Assembly: GCA_030248215.1 (NCBI GenBank)
Contig: JASANG010001881.1
Coordinates: forward strand, 248,001 to 312,000
Reading direction: 5' to 3'
DNA length: 64,000 bases
From: Enoplolaimus lenunculus
Lineage: Eukaryota
Shown: positions 13,519-25,100 of the stretch, piece after piece
Layout: each line of letters starts with the position of its first letter
Numbering within the stretch: the stretch's first letter is position 1
Program-made: the position numbers and the translations under genes
The notes under the pieces: generated by a model
What the model was told of the DNA's origin: nothing
The model's input: only the letters and a program-made list of their open reading frames with translations
Database searches by the model: none

Positions 13519-14403
13519 CAGCATAGTTTCTAAATAGACTAAAATTAGTAATTCCTGTATAAGGGTTATTGTAAAATTGCTACCCCCAAGATATGAACTG
13601 CTGATAATAGAGACGGCCTCTGGGTCGTCTCAATAATTGCACAATTATTTAAATTTTAACATTTCAACCCAATGCAAAACCATTCAATTCGGTGTACGCT
13701 GAGCTTTTCGCGGTACACAAGATTTGATCCAGTTGAATCTAAGTTTGGAATGCTTCGTTGAAGACGCGTAAGGCAAACTCCTTTCATTGGGTTTTAATTC
13801 TAAAATTGCTCCTAACTTCTGTTCGCCTGGCTGGCGAGTTTTCGTTTACAATTTTCAAACTTTTTGTAATTATTGTGAATCTTAATTTCTGTGACACTCG
13901 ATGTATATGTGTATTTTATTGCGTAGGTAAAGATTGACAAACATATAATGACTTTTATGATTAGTAAAAAATATTTAAAATAACTTTATTTTCGGATATT
14001 TGCGAAATGTATCTGAAAACCTTTTAACCTGTTACTTAAAATTATTCTCAGAAAGAGTTTATTTTACCACCTGTTCTTCAGCCCGCCTACTGGATTCACC
14101 CATCATATATGCATATGTATATATGTATATACTCGTGTATTATCGTTGTTGAGCCATCCTGAGATATCTCTGACTGACGTTTATGACAGTCTTGGTACGG
14201 AAAACGTTAAATGCTGTGGTATGCTTTCCAACGCGCTGAGCTAAAGTTGGACTTTTGTCACATGGCTCATTAAGCCCTACTCACACGTGCAAGTTTTTGC
14301 TGCGAGAATTTTCAACTGCAATTTGCACGCAGAACTTGCATTTTTTCGTCAGCCAATGAGCAACCGGTTGTAATAATTTCAGTGAACTTGCATAGTTATT
14401 CAA

Positions 14404-14853
14404 CAAGGTACAACCGGAGGTCTGTCTCCGGCTTCAGGTCCGGCAGAAAATCGGCCTCCGGCTTCGGCTCTGGCTCCGGTAGAAAGGTACAACCGGAGGT
14501 CTGTCTCCGGCTTCAGATCCGGCAGAAAATCGGCCTCCGGCTTCGGCTCTGGCTCCGGTAGAATTTTTGCTTGAGGTTCCGGAACTTTCGTTAGTTAAAT
14601 TCTGCATAATTTTGAAAATTTATCTGTTTAGTGTGTTTCGTTTTACTTTTGTCACAATTTTTAGGAAAGAATTTCCGCAATTTCGCAGGAAATTATCGTC
14701 AAACCAGACACTTTAAAAACATTGCAGATATTGGCAAAAATTAACTAATTAACCAACATTTTTACTACCAAATTTCGCCTTACCTCCGGTTCTGGCAAGT
14801 TTCGTTGACGTCCGGCTCCGACTCCGGTATTTTTCACCTCCGGTTGCGCCGTG
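14404..14853. mobile_element. hAT-like MITE nested in a Harbinger-like MITE; carries a 79-bp tandem duplication of its left end
   Basis: TSD ttattcaa/ttattcac; host element spans about 14273-15010 (agccctactcacacgtgcaag ... cttgaacgtgtcgtatagggct). Confidence 0.8.
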
Positions 14854-16207
14854 TTATTCACACATGTAAAGTAAATTATTTCCAACTATGATTTTTAATG
14901 AATCATTTGCAGTTGCAAGATTTTCGAATGGGATTTTGGGCAAAACTTGCAAGTGCAAGTTGCAGTGGCAAGTTCTTGCAACAAAAACTTGAACGTGTCG
15001 TATAGGGCTTTACTCATAATCTACTCGATGTGAGAAGGGGTTAAACTATTGTTTGTTGATTTCATAGCAAGGCATCCGATTTAAAAGTTCTATTCGAATG
15101 TAAGTCAGTTGATGTTTTGACGGTGTTCACATAAAATTCAAACTGGACTGGTGCCAGACAATATTGGAGGGTATACAAAGTCATTAATTAGAGTTTCGAA
15201 TGAATAACCATGCAAGTTCACTGAATTTATTGCAGCCGCTTTCTCATTCGCTGATGAAAAAAATGCAAGTTTTATGCGTTGAATTTGTATCTGCAAGTTC
15301 ACGCAGCAAAAACTTGCTCGTAGGGCTTAATACACAATACACAGCATTTGATTTGTGATAATTGCAGGAAGTTTAAGCGTCCAGCGGTTTTAACATTACT
15401 CTAGAGTCTTGAAAATTTTTTTGACCATTTCGTCCTGTCCTGTAGTTGTTGCATTGGCACTTAATTTTTATTTTGATTCTAAAAATTTACTCGGGGACAT
15501 CGAGTTGACCGAAACAGAGGCTTGATTTTGCAGTTCACCTGCTTAAATTCAGGAACAAAAGGAATATGAAGGCGTTTAGATACGTATAGTAGGAGTACCA
15601 TTAAATGCCAAATATTCCCTGAGGCTAATTTAGCACCGCACCTAATTTTGGTTGGTTGAAAAATATGCATAATTGTATATTAATAAATACGTCATTTTGC
15701 GCACACAGTTTGCTAGATCAAAACAGTACGTTTACGCACGTCTCTTGCCTAGACTAACCATAATTAATCGCTAGTAAGACAAAGACAAAGGTAGGATTTT
15801 ATTTCGGAAATATACGACATTCATTTTTATAAGCAGTCAGTAGCGAGCGAGAAAGTTATTCCGAAATATGAACCACAAAAAGTAAATCTGTGAACCGTTC
15901 AAAACTTTCTATTTTTGCTTATTTTAACAGTTTCGTAGCAGATATTTGTTGTTATATTTTATCCGCTCGTATACATTTCCGATATTTGAAATTAATTTTT
16001 GATAACAAATCGCCTAAAAACTTTTATGAATGAAATTCATTTTTATAGATCATTTACACGTGAAAAGTCTCAGTGGAATATGCGTGAAGCTTAAAAAACT
16101 AGAATATTTGCAGTTGCGGTTGAAAATATTGTTGTGAAAGTTTGTATTTTTGACGAATTTTCGCGAAATCTTGCGTTTAAAATTAATTACGCAACTAATG
16201 AGTCAAG

Positions 16208-16528
16208 CAGGGTGCAACCGGTATTATAAAATACCGGAAACGGAACCGGAAAGTTAGCCTAAACCCTGAAACAAAAGCAGTAGCTCGACATGTATGATCA
16301 ATTATAAAGTATGACACAAATTTAAAATTTTGACAATACACGCTCAGACAATTTTAGAAAAATAAGTTACAATAATATGTCATGTTTTCTTATATTTCCC
16401 AATGAGAAAAAATTTTCAATGCCGAAAATACCGGAAAATTTCGGTGAAAAATAGCAGATTTTTTACCGGAACCGGATAGTAAAAATACTGTATTTCTCTA
16501 CCGGAACCGGAATTCCGGTTGCACCTTG
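16208..16528. mobile_element. hAT-like MITE
   Basis: cagggtgcaaccgg ... ccggttgcaccttg; TSD gagtcaag/gagtaaag. Confidence 0.8.
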
Positions 16529-17575
16529 GAGTAAAGTTGTTATCTTTTACTTGCCATTTCCTGAATGAATATTTTCTGTTTTACTGGTAACGTAGTTCCA
16601 AGTTAGAATTCGACCTTAAATTCTCGTGTTGGAAATGCTCACCATTTCGGCTTAGCTTTAACTGAACGTTCGATCTCTAGGAGGGTCACACGTCTTGTAA
16701 TACATTTCACTCTGCAAACTTATCATACCCCGTGTACTGTGTATACCAGTCAACGACGTTGGAACAATATTTGCAACGCTGCTTGTTATATTTTTCCCAT
16801 CAGTTCATTTTTGGACGTGATTCAAATTACGTATGTGGGACGCTCCAACTTTAATAATATATGGCACGTAAACTGTTTGTAATTGGTTACTTTTGATCAT
16901 AATACACTTTATGCAGAAATGGACTTTGTGTTTAGAGTTACTTTTGACTGCGAAAATTTCTTTGAGGAACAAGAAATCGATTATGTAAAACACTTTTTAT
17001 TGAACCCAAGCCCCCGTCTAAGCAAACATTTACGACCCACAACTTTATTGGGGGACTGCAGTTTTCGCGTTGGTAGCCACGAATTTTAAATTATACACAG
17101 GTGCAGTGGCCAGGCCAGGTTAAGGTATGGTCAATTCCAAATTGGGCAGGTAAAAAGCGGAAATACGACTTGCACTAGCCCAGGGCGGAATTATGTCTGG
17201 TAAAACTGTACATTTTCTAATTGGTTACTTCATAGCGGCAAATTAGCTATGAAAATCAAACTGCTTTGTAGCCAGCAGGTACTTAACGACTTAGCCAATC
17301 AATAAAAAGTATTCGTATTGGCATTAATGCAGTAACCAATCACAAGGCGTGCACCTGTAGCAGCGAAAGAATTACGCCATGGCTAATCCAAGTCGTAATT
17401 TCACATAGATTAACTACTGCCGAATTCGGAATTGGGCTGAATTCCGGGATACTAACTGAAAATGTTTCCATTAAAAAATTTCAGATGTTGCCGCTGACAT
17501 CGGAAATATACATGGACCCAATTAATTGTCAGATGTACTCTACATGGTAACCATAATTACAAAGATAAATAATAT

Positions 17576-18010
17576 ATGTTGTCACTGAGAAGTGTTGCAG
17601 TTTTAGCAATAATTGCAGCTGCATGCACGTTTAATTCAAAATTATCAGCCGGTCATCGAGCGAAGTACGTGACAGCTGTCGGTTGGCTACCAATACGGGC
17701 GAATCAAATATTTTTCCGACGTCCAAACCGTAAATTTTTCTTAATGTTTTCAAAAATTCAACTCCAATGCTATAAGTATCAACAAAAAAGGAATCATCAT
17801 CATCATCATCAACAACAACAACACAACATTCGGCATTGTCTAAAAATGATTAATAGATCAGCAACACAAACAACAACAACAACCACGGCGGCGACAACGC
17901 GACAGACGGCAACATTAAAGGAAAATCGACCCGTTTTAAATTTGACGCATGGAGCAATTCAAGCTATTGTTAAGAATTCTGTACCCCCCTTAATGACCGC
18001 TGGTGTCTAA
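17576..18010 (+). CDS. Small putatively secreted protein of unknown family, paralog B (144 aa)
   Basis: Signal-peptide-like start MLSLRSVAVLAIIAAAC; same conserved blocks as 10315..10719; tttcag acceptor about 90 nt upstream (near 17484). Confidence 0.78.
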   Translation: MLSLRSVAVLAIIAAACTFNSKLSAGHRAKYVTAVGWLPIRANQIFFRRPNRKFFLMFSKIQLQCYKYQQKRNHHHHHQQQQHNIRHCLKMINRSATQTTTTTTAATTRQTATLKENRPVLNLTHGAIQAIVKNSVPPLMTAGV

Positions 18011-18108
18011 ATTTTTAAGTTTAAGCTTAATCCCATTTTAGCATACAGTAACATATATAATACACTGTACATCAAGAAAGTATAACTGGATATTTATTTC
18101 CGGTTTTA

Positions 18109-18383
18109 AACCCTATTCACGCGTGCAAGTTTTTGCTGCGAGAACTTTCAGCTGCAAATTGCACGCAGAACTTGCCTTTTTTCATCAGCCAATAAGAAAG
18201 CGGATGCAATACATTCATTGAGCTTGCATGGTTATTCACACATATGAACTAAATTTATAGCTTTGATTTTTAATGAATTATTTGCAGCTGCAAGTTTTTC
18301 GAACTGGATTTCGGACAAAACTTGCAAGTGCAAGTTGCAGCTGCAAGTTCTCGCTGCAAAAAATTGCACGTGTGAATAGGGTT
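18109..18383. mobile_element. PIF/Harbinger-like MITE, about 100 bp downstream of paralog B stop
   Basis: aaccctattcacgcgtgcaag ... ttgcacgtgtgaatagggtt, TTA/TAA flanks. Confidence 0.8.
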
Positions 18384-19367
18384 TAATAAATAAAAAATTA
18401 ATTTGGAAAACAGAAAAAAACAAAACATCTTTGACCGTTTAGTATATCAGTATCAGTTTTCCGTTTCTGGTATTTTTACTATCCGTTTACACCCTGAACA
18501 CACAGTTTATAAAACATAACTCACAATGTTTAAACTGTTCGTGCACACTTGCGTTAAACAAATTCTCTGCGAGACATGAGCGTGTTCTTTGGACTCGAGC
18601 GTACAACACTTGTAGTCGATCGGAAATTATACTAGGCATTTACTACTGTGGCCCATGTAAAGATCAGAGGCAGAACGTTTTTTGTGGGACTAGAAAAGAG
18701 TAAGCTTAACTTTTACACTAATTTTTTGCTTGGCTTTAGGCTTAGGAATATGCTCATTCATACGCTTAGGCGGCCATGTAATGATCAGGGGCGGAACGTT
18801 TTTCTACGGGACTGTAAATAGAGTGCGCTTTAAGCTTTAGACTAATTTTTTGCTTGGCTTAGAAATATGCTCATTATTACGCTAGGCTTAGGCTTAACAT
18901 TCATGCGCAAAGAAGGTTATACTCGAAATTTCTTGACTTGAAAAGGTTTTCATCGCGATGCAATCTTTATTTAATGCTTAAAAATTTAAAACTAGTCCCA
19001 TTACTTTCGCCGTCGGTTGCGAAAATCAAACAAGTTAGATATTTGAATTAATTCAAAAGGCGCTCAGCAACATGTCTTCTGGTTGGCCAATGAAAATGCA
19101 AGTGCCAGAAATTCGAGCTATTTTTGACGGCGTTCCCACGTGCAAATTAAATTCAATCACATCAATTCTAATGAATAATTTGCAGCTGCAAGAACATCAA
19201 ATCTGCTTTGTGACCAAACTTGCACATGCAAGTTGCACGTGCAAGTTTTTGCTGCAAAAACTTGCACGTGTGAATAGGGCTTTATTTTTAACTCTTTTAA
19301 TTTGATCCAAATAAAATTTAATCGGTGGTTATTTTTACATGTTCAAGTTTGAATCTGTTGATCAATA

Positions 19368-19768
19368 CTGTAGTGACCCGAATATGAAGGGGTACTAATA
19401 TATGGCCTTTCCAGAGGGTACACCCTCCTGTTATTCGGTTACGGACAGTTATTTATTTTTAACCCGCCCTCCGCTGCCTTTTGATAGTTACTCATAACAC
19501 CCACCTCTTATGTCATTCTCTCTTTTGGGCAGGACTGACCTTCCGTAGCATATTTGTTGGTTGCCATTTCAGTTGTTTTCTGGATTATTTAATAAAATTT
19601 ATGCAGGCAGTTTGTACCTGTGTGTTATATTTTTGAGCAGTATACACCTAAGTACGGTTTAGGATCTCTATGCGCTTACGGACTCTTATTAGAGATACGG
19701 ACTCCTATTGATTGGAACTCAAAATGAGGACACCCCTCTTGTTACCCTCCCCCTTCGGGTCACTACTG
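19368..19768. mobile_element. Tc1/mariner-like MITE (TA flanks, c(t/a)gtagtgacccgaa ends)
   Basis: ta|ctgtagtgacccgaat ... ttcgggtcactactg|ta; relative at about 110-553, fragments at about 25470-25560 and 56080-56213. Confidence 0.75.
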
Positions 19769-21689
19769 TACCAAGGTTGAACTGGCCATAAAATTCGTCC
19801 CTGGTGTTTCGATATAAATCGGCTCAAATGTGATAAATTTTAAAAACCATTACAATAAGCAGGTCTCTTAGCCCATATTGAGCAACACAGATTTAAATTT
19901 TTCATTTTCCGTCAGCTTCCAAAATTCCAAGCCGCCCTGCATCCGTGTGCTCGGTACGTCATACCGCCCGCCTGTCGAGTAAATGGATGGCATACAGTTG
20001 CCATACGGTCTATTCTAGTGGTCTTTTAGCACTTTAGACTAAAAAACTAATGGGGTTTTTGGGGGTACAAAACCCGGTCCATGTTACTTTAAGGGGAGTC
20101 CAGGTTACTGGTAGGTCCATAAAAGAGTAGGTTTAGATTCTAGATTACATTTTTTGCTTAGGCTTACGCTTAGGCTTAGGCTTAGGCTTAGGAATACGCT
20201 TAATCTACTGTTACGGTCCGTACAGTAACATTGGCCCAAAAGGCTTCTCTGAAATTGATGACCAGGAATGTAAATATTGACCGTTTCAACAAAATTTTGG
20301 TTACATTCATGCCCTTGAACAAGCTGCCTTATTAAACTTTATTTCAGTCAATTAGGATCCACTTTTGGTTAAACCAGATAAGTCGAACCTGTTTTCGTAC
20401 AACGTCAAGTCATGAGACAAGGGCACAGGTGGCTGAAGGATGTTCGGGGGTCAAGCCTTCTTTTAGGATTTTTGTCCAGGGGTTTAAGGGTCTTTTCAAG
20501 TTATAGGAACGTAAGAGCTTCAATTTCAAAATTTTTATACCAGATGAGTGTCGCCTGACCAAATTTTTGGCTGCGCAGGCCCGTAACCAGAGGGGCTCAG
20601 CCCTCCCCCTGTACAGTTGCCCCCACCCATACAAAATATTCAACATTGCTTGTAAGTCATCGTAAACCCTTGTATGCCGCTCTTGAAAACACTTTAACCC
20701 CTCTAGCAAGGTGAGCTGGTTACCGGTTCGTTCTGCAATTGTTAACGAGATTAGCGAGAAGTTAAAGATAAATGTAGCCATACAATGGATCACATTACAA
20801 TAGGATCTTACATTATATACTACAACCCGCATTACAATAACCAATTTCAGCTTCGGATCAATTAAAGTTGAACGAATTTCACTTATAGTAAAGAGGAATA
20901 AAAAATATAATCTGTATAATTAAAGCTGGAATGCCCAACATACGTAAATAAACCGAGCATCATTTCAGCATAGGATAATTTTGTTGTTTGCAAACAATTT
21001 ATGACTTTACTGGAAACCTTAATATTTTAACGATACAAATCGTGCACCACCCCTGTGATTGGATCTGCGACGATTGCCCAACGACAATTACCCATGCGGC
21101 ATTTGAAAATATACGATACCCAAACGATAATTGCAAAATGCGACAATTGCTCAAACGAGACCATTACCTGAACAATGGGCGAATTCCGAGTGGAGACAAT
21201 GATTGATGACCAGTTACGACAATTTCAGGCCAAAGCTTTTACTCAGGTTTCTTCAAACCTGTTCAGCTAATGTTCAGATGCCTGATAAGCGAACTTAAAC
21301 GCAATTTATTGCATTTGCAGCATTTGTTGCATTGTCGTTTGGGCAGTTGTCGTTTGTGCAATTCTCGCAATCCGGATTCAGAAGTAAATGCCATAAATGA
21401 GAACGTTAATTGTTCCTCTATTAATACAGTAAGTTAGCAAAATTAAACAGAGAAAAATGCAAGAAATAACCCGTGAAAGCATTTGATTTGCCATGGCGGA
21501 TCCAATGGAAGCTTACATAAACCCGAAACTGTCCACAACAGGGATACAAACCAAAATTTTGTGTAAACATTTTTAGTACTAAAATGGCGTTTGTCTTTTC
21601 ACTGCCTTGGCTTGCGAGCTTTTGTCAGTTGTTTTTGCAGATTTTGTCTAAGAAATTTCTGGATCCGCCATTGATTGGTTACACACAAA

Positions 21690-21979
21690 TCGTCAGGGTG
21701 GATAGTTTCTCTGTGGGACTGCAATAGAGTAAGCTTAACCTTTAGACTAATTTTTTTTCTTGGCTTAGGCTTATGCTTAGGAATAAACTCATTCTTACTA
21801 TAAAGTTTAGGCGTAGGCTTCGGTTTAGGAATAAACTCATTCTATGTTTAGGTTTAGGCTTAAGCTTAGGATTAGGTTTAGGAATAAACTCATTCTATGT
21901 TTAGGTTTAGGTTTAGGCTTAGGTTTAGGCTTAGAAATAAGCTTATAATACTGTTCCGCCCCTGTTCTTTACATTGGCC
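21690..21979. mobile_element. TTAGGC-carrying MITE immediately downstream of the channel stop codon
   Basis: Right end ccctgttctttacattggcc ends 15 bp from the TGA at 21995; left end degenerate, approximate. Confidence 0.75.
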
Positions 21980-21994
21980 ACATTGTTCAATTTT

Positions 21995-22126
21995 TCACCG
22001 TAAAAGTTTTTTAATTCCAGTAGATATTCCAGCAGTTATTAAAAATACAACTTCAACACAAGATACCACAGACATCCCAAGCGCGAATCCCATTGTTCCA
22101 CCGATGTCGCTAAGTGCATCAGTCAG
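21995..22126 (-). CDS. Exon 43 (probably terminal): DEG/ENaC TM2 pore helix and short cytoplasmic tail
   Basis: tttcag acceptor, phase 0; LTDALSDIGGTMGFALGMSVVSCVEVVFLITAGISTGIKKLLR*. The TGA overlaps a possible donor (CG/gtgaaa), so a further exon cannot be excluded. Confidence 0.9.
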   Translation of the reverse strand: MTDALSDIGGTMGFALGMSVVSCVEVVFLITAGISTGIKKLLR

Positions 22127-25100
22127 CTGAAAATAAGAAGATCACATAATTGAACCAGTCTGCCAGCTTTGCGCGATGCGCAAAAGTACTTACAAACTTT
22201 CCTTTCATAGAACAATCACGTGTATTTCCTACGAAATTATTGTAAACAAAGTAATGCTGGAAAGTTGCCCAAAATACGTATGTAGGGTGTTCCTGTTTTA
22301 ATATATAGATTAAAAACAAAATTACAAGCAATAAGCAAAACCAACGGAGAGGCAGGATAATGTCACCCTGCCTTCAGTCCTTGCATGCTACAAGCTCCGA
22401 ACAAATCCATGGGCATAACGTTTTGGCTTAGGCTCGGCTTAGGCTTAAAAATACAGATTATCCTTCCGGAAATTATTATGTATATTGGCCTCACAAACAG
22501 TATTGGGTGTCGTGCTTACACCTTGCTAACGAGTGACTTATGGTAAGTTAAGGTGAACAGGCCCTGCAACAAAGTCGCACGCCTTTGGCGTTCTCTTAAT
22601 CCGTTTCAATATATGGATATATCCGAAGAATACTGATAAATCTTTTGGCCCATGTAAAGATCAGAGGCGTAACGTTTTTGTGTAAGACTGCAACAGAGTA
22701 AGCTTAAGCTTTAGACTATTTTTTTCGCTTGGCTTAGGCTTAGGAATATGCTCATTACGCTTAGGCTTACGCTTAGGCTTGGACTTAGGTTTAGGAATAT
22801 GCTCATTCTTACGCTTAGGCTTAAGCTTAGGCTTATAGGCTTGTGCTTAGGAGACGCCCCTGTTCTTTACATTGGCCAGTGTTTTGGGAAATCACCAAAA
22901 AAATTTTAGCTGTTAAAGATTTTTTGAACAATAAATCACTCACATCGTATGTTATCTGTTCTGTTAAACTTTGAAATACCATTGATTCAAAATAGATCAC
23001 AACTGCTGCTTTCCCTCTAAAATACATAAAACAAACCTTTTAGCCAGAATAAGGTCCACACACTAGCGGATCCAAAGGGGAACGTGGGGGGGCAGTACGC
23101 CCCTCCGTCAGAGTTTTTTGTGACGAAATGATAACGTCCCTACGTTACAAATTTAGTCCTCAAAATTTTTTGTAAAAAACACAATTTTTACGCTCAGAAA
23201 CTTTTTTTGTGATGAAATGATAAGGTCTCTCTATCTTACAATTTTTCTCTTAAAAACTTTTTGGTGATAAAATAATAAGGTCCCTACGTTACAATTTTTG
23301 CGTTTCATAACATTTGCAAGCCTGCCATTCCTCCGTCAGAAATTTTTGGATCCACTTCTGGCGCCACACTATTAGGGATGTTTAGAAATTTGCTGTCAAT
23401 TAATATATCCAAACAAGAGAATAAAACTAAGTGTATACACTGTAAATTTCAGTGAGTTGATTTTAACTCAGAATGAGTTGAATCCACTCAGATGTCTGAG
23501 CACTGAATTAGGTATTTCAGTACTCAAAATTCTGAAATGATTTAACTCAATGTGAGAACTCACCCAGAATTAAATTAACTCAGAGACTTAATGTTTACTG
23601 TTATTAACTCAGAAATAGCCTGAAATAACCCATTTTCCCTCTGAATTAATTAATCATCTCATTGGAATTTACACTGTATTAAAAAGTTACGGGTTTTAGG
23701 AAGAAATTCTTGAATTCGGTTTATTACAAATCATAAAAAGGGTCACAATTCTAAGTTTATGTGAGATATGCTTGTCCTGGTGCATATACATCATATTATG
23801 TTGTATGTTGGCCGGCAGCATACGTGTCGACAAGTGTAGTCGACTGTAAAAGCAGTTGGAGAAACGGGCTGAGTGGCACAGTGGTAGAGCGTTCGTTTAA
23901 GCATCCATAACTCAGAGTATGACGATCCTTGTAGGATCTGGAGTCCAGGACTTTATACTTAAACTGACAGTGGCACACGATTTATAATGGACACCAAGCG
24001 ACCAGACTAAACGTATTTCAAATGTAAAGGATATCACAGTTAGTGTTAGCAAGAGTGGATAAAAACAAAAGTGTGCAACTCTTTGGGGTTCCGCATAGTA
24101 CAAAACGTATCACCGGGTGTTGCGTTTGTGGAAAGGGGGGTTGGACAAAAACGCAACGCGTGCCGGGTATACATTCGTTTCTACATTGAATGTGCCCAGT
24201 TGCATACTCTTGTTAAATAGCGATTATCCACGCTTGAAGTTAGCGATAACAACTGAACGAAAGAATCAAATGGTTACACAAAGCCTTTAAATTATATACC
24301 CATCTGCTATCTTGTGACGGACCCAGTTGCTGAAAACCTTAGGGTGGGTCGGTTGCTTTCTACCGGTTAAAGTAATACACTGTAGGTCAAATCCAAGCAT
24401 AGTGTTATACTTCAAATGCATATGTGTCACTTCGCAATATACCTTTTATATGCTAATTTATAATTTAAAATAACTTAAAAACAATTGCGATACTTACGTC
24501 AGTTTGCCTTCCTAAAATCAAACCAAAATAGCATTTAATAATTTTAAACATTAAATACCTCTACGAGGTTTATGGTTTTTGAAGGTACATACCTTGGTAA
24601 CCTTTGCTAGATTTTCGAGTTGTCTCTACGCTTGCCGATAAACCAGCGGGTCAATGTTACATTTAGGGGCGTAGAAGTAGTTTAAAGCGTATTACTAAAC
24701 CTAAGCCTAAGCCTTAGCGTTGAAAAGTGTGTTCCTAAGCCTAAACCTAAGCCTAAGCAAAAAAAGTAATTTAGTATCTAAACCTACTCTTTTATACACC
24801 GGCTAGAAACCTGGACGCCCTTAAAAGTAACATGGGCCGACCAGCGGATAGCGTTGCTTTTCGGACAATATACCATGCATTGAAATGGTATTTATAAAAA
24901 TGTTGAATAAATTAAAACAAACCAAACTGGTGTAATATAAATGCATATACGAAATTAATAACATTTGTACAATGTGGTTAAAGCGTACTTACCAAACTAC
25001 TATTAAATACGACCTAGAAGACTTTTGGTAAACGTTAGTTAAATTGTACTTTTTGGCATATGAATCGGATTTTAGATTTTTAGGCAAATTTAAAATTTTG

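Noticed and set aside
24593..24625. Candidate 33-nt exon RQLENLAKVTK resembling the ENaC ENLAKV motif
   Set aside because: Acceptor lacks a pyrimidine tract, it is not needed for frame, and the equivalent strand is already encoded by exon 42 (KAAVVIYF).
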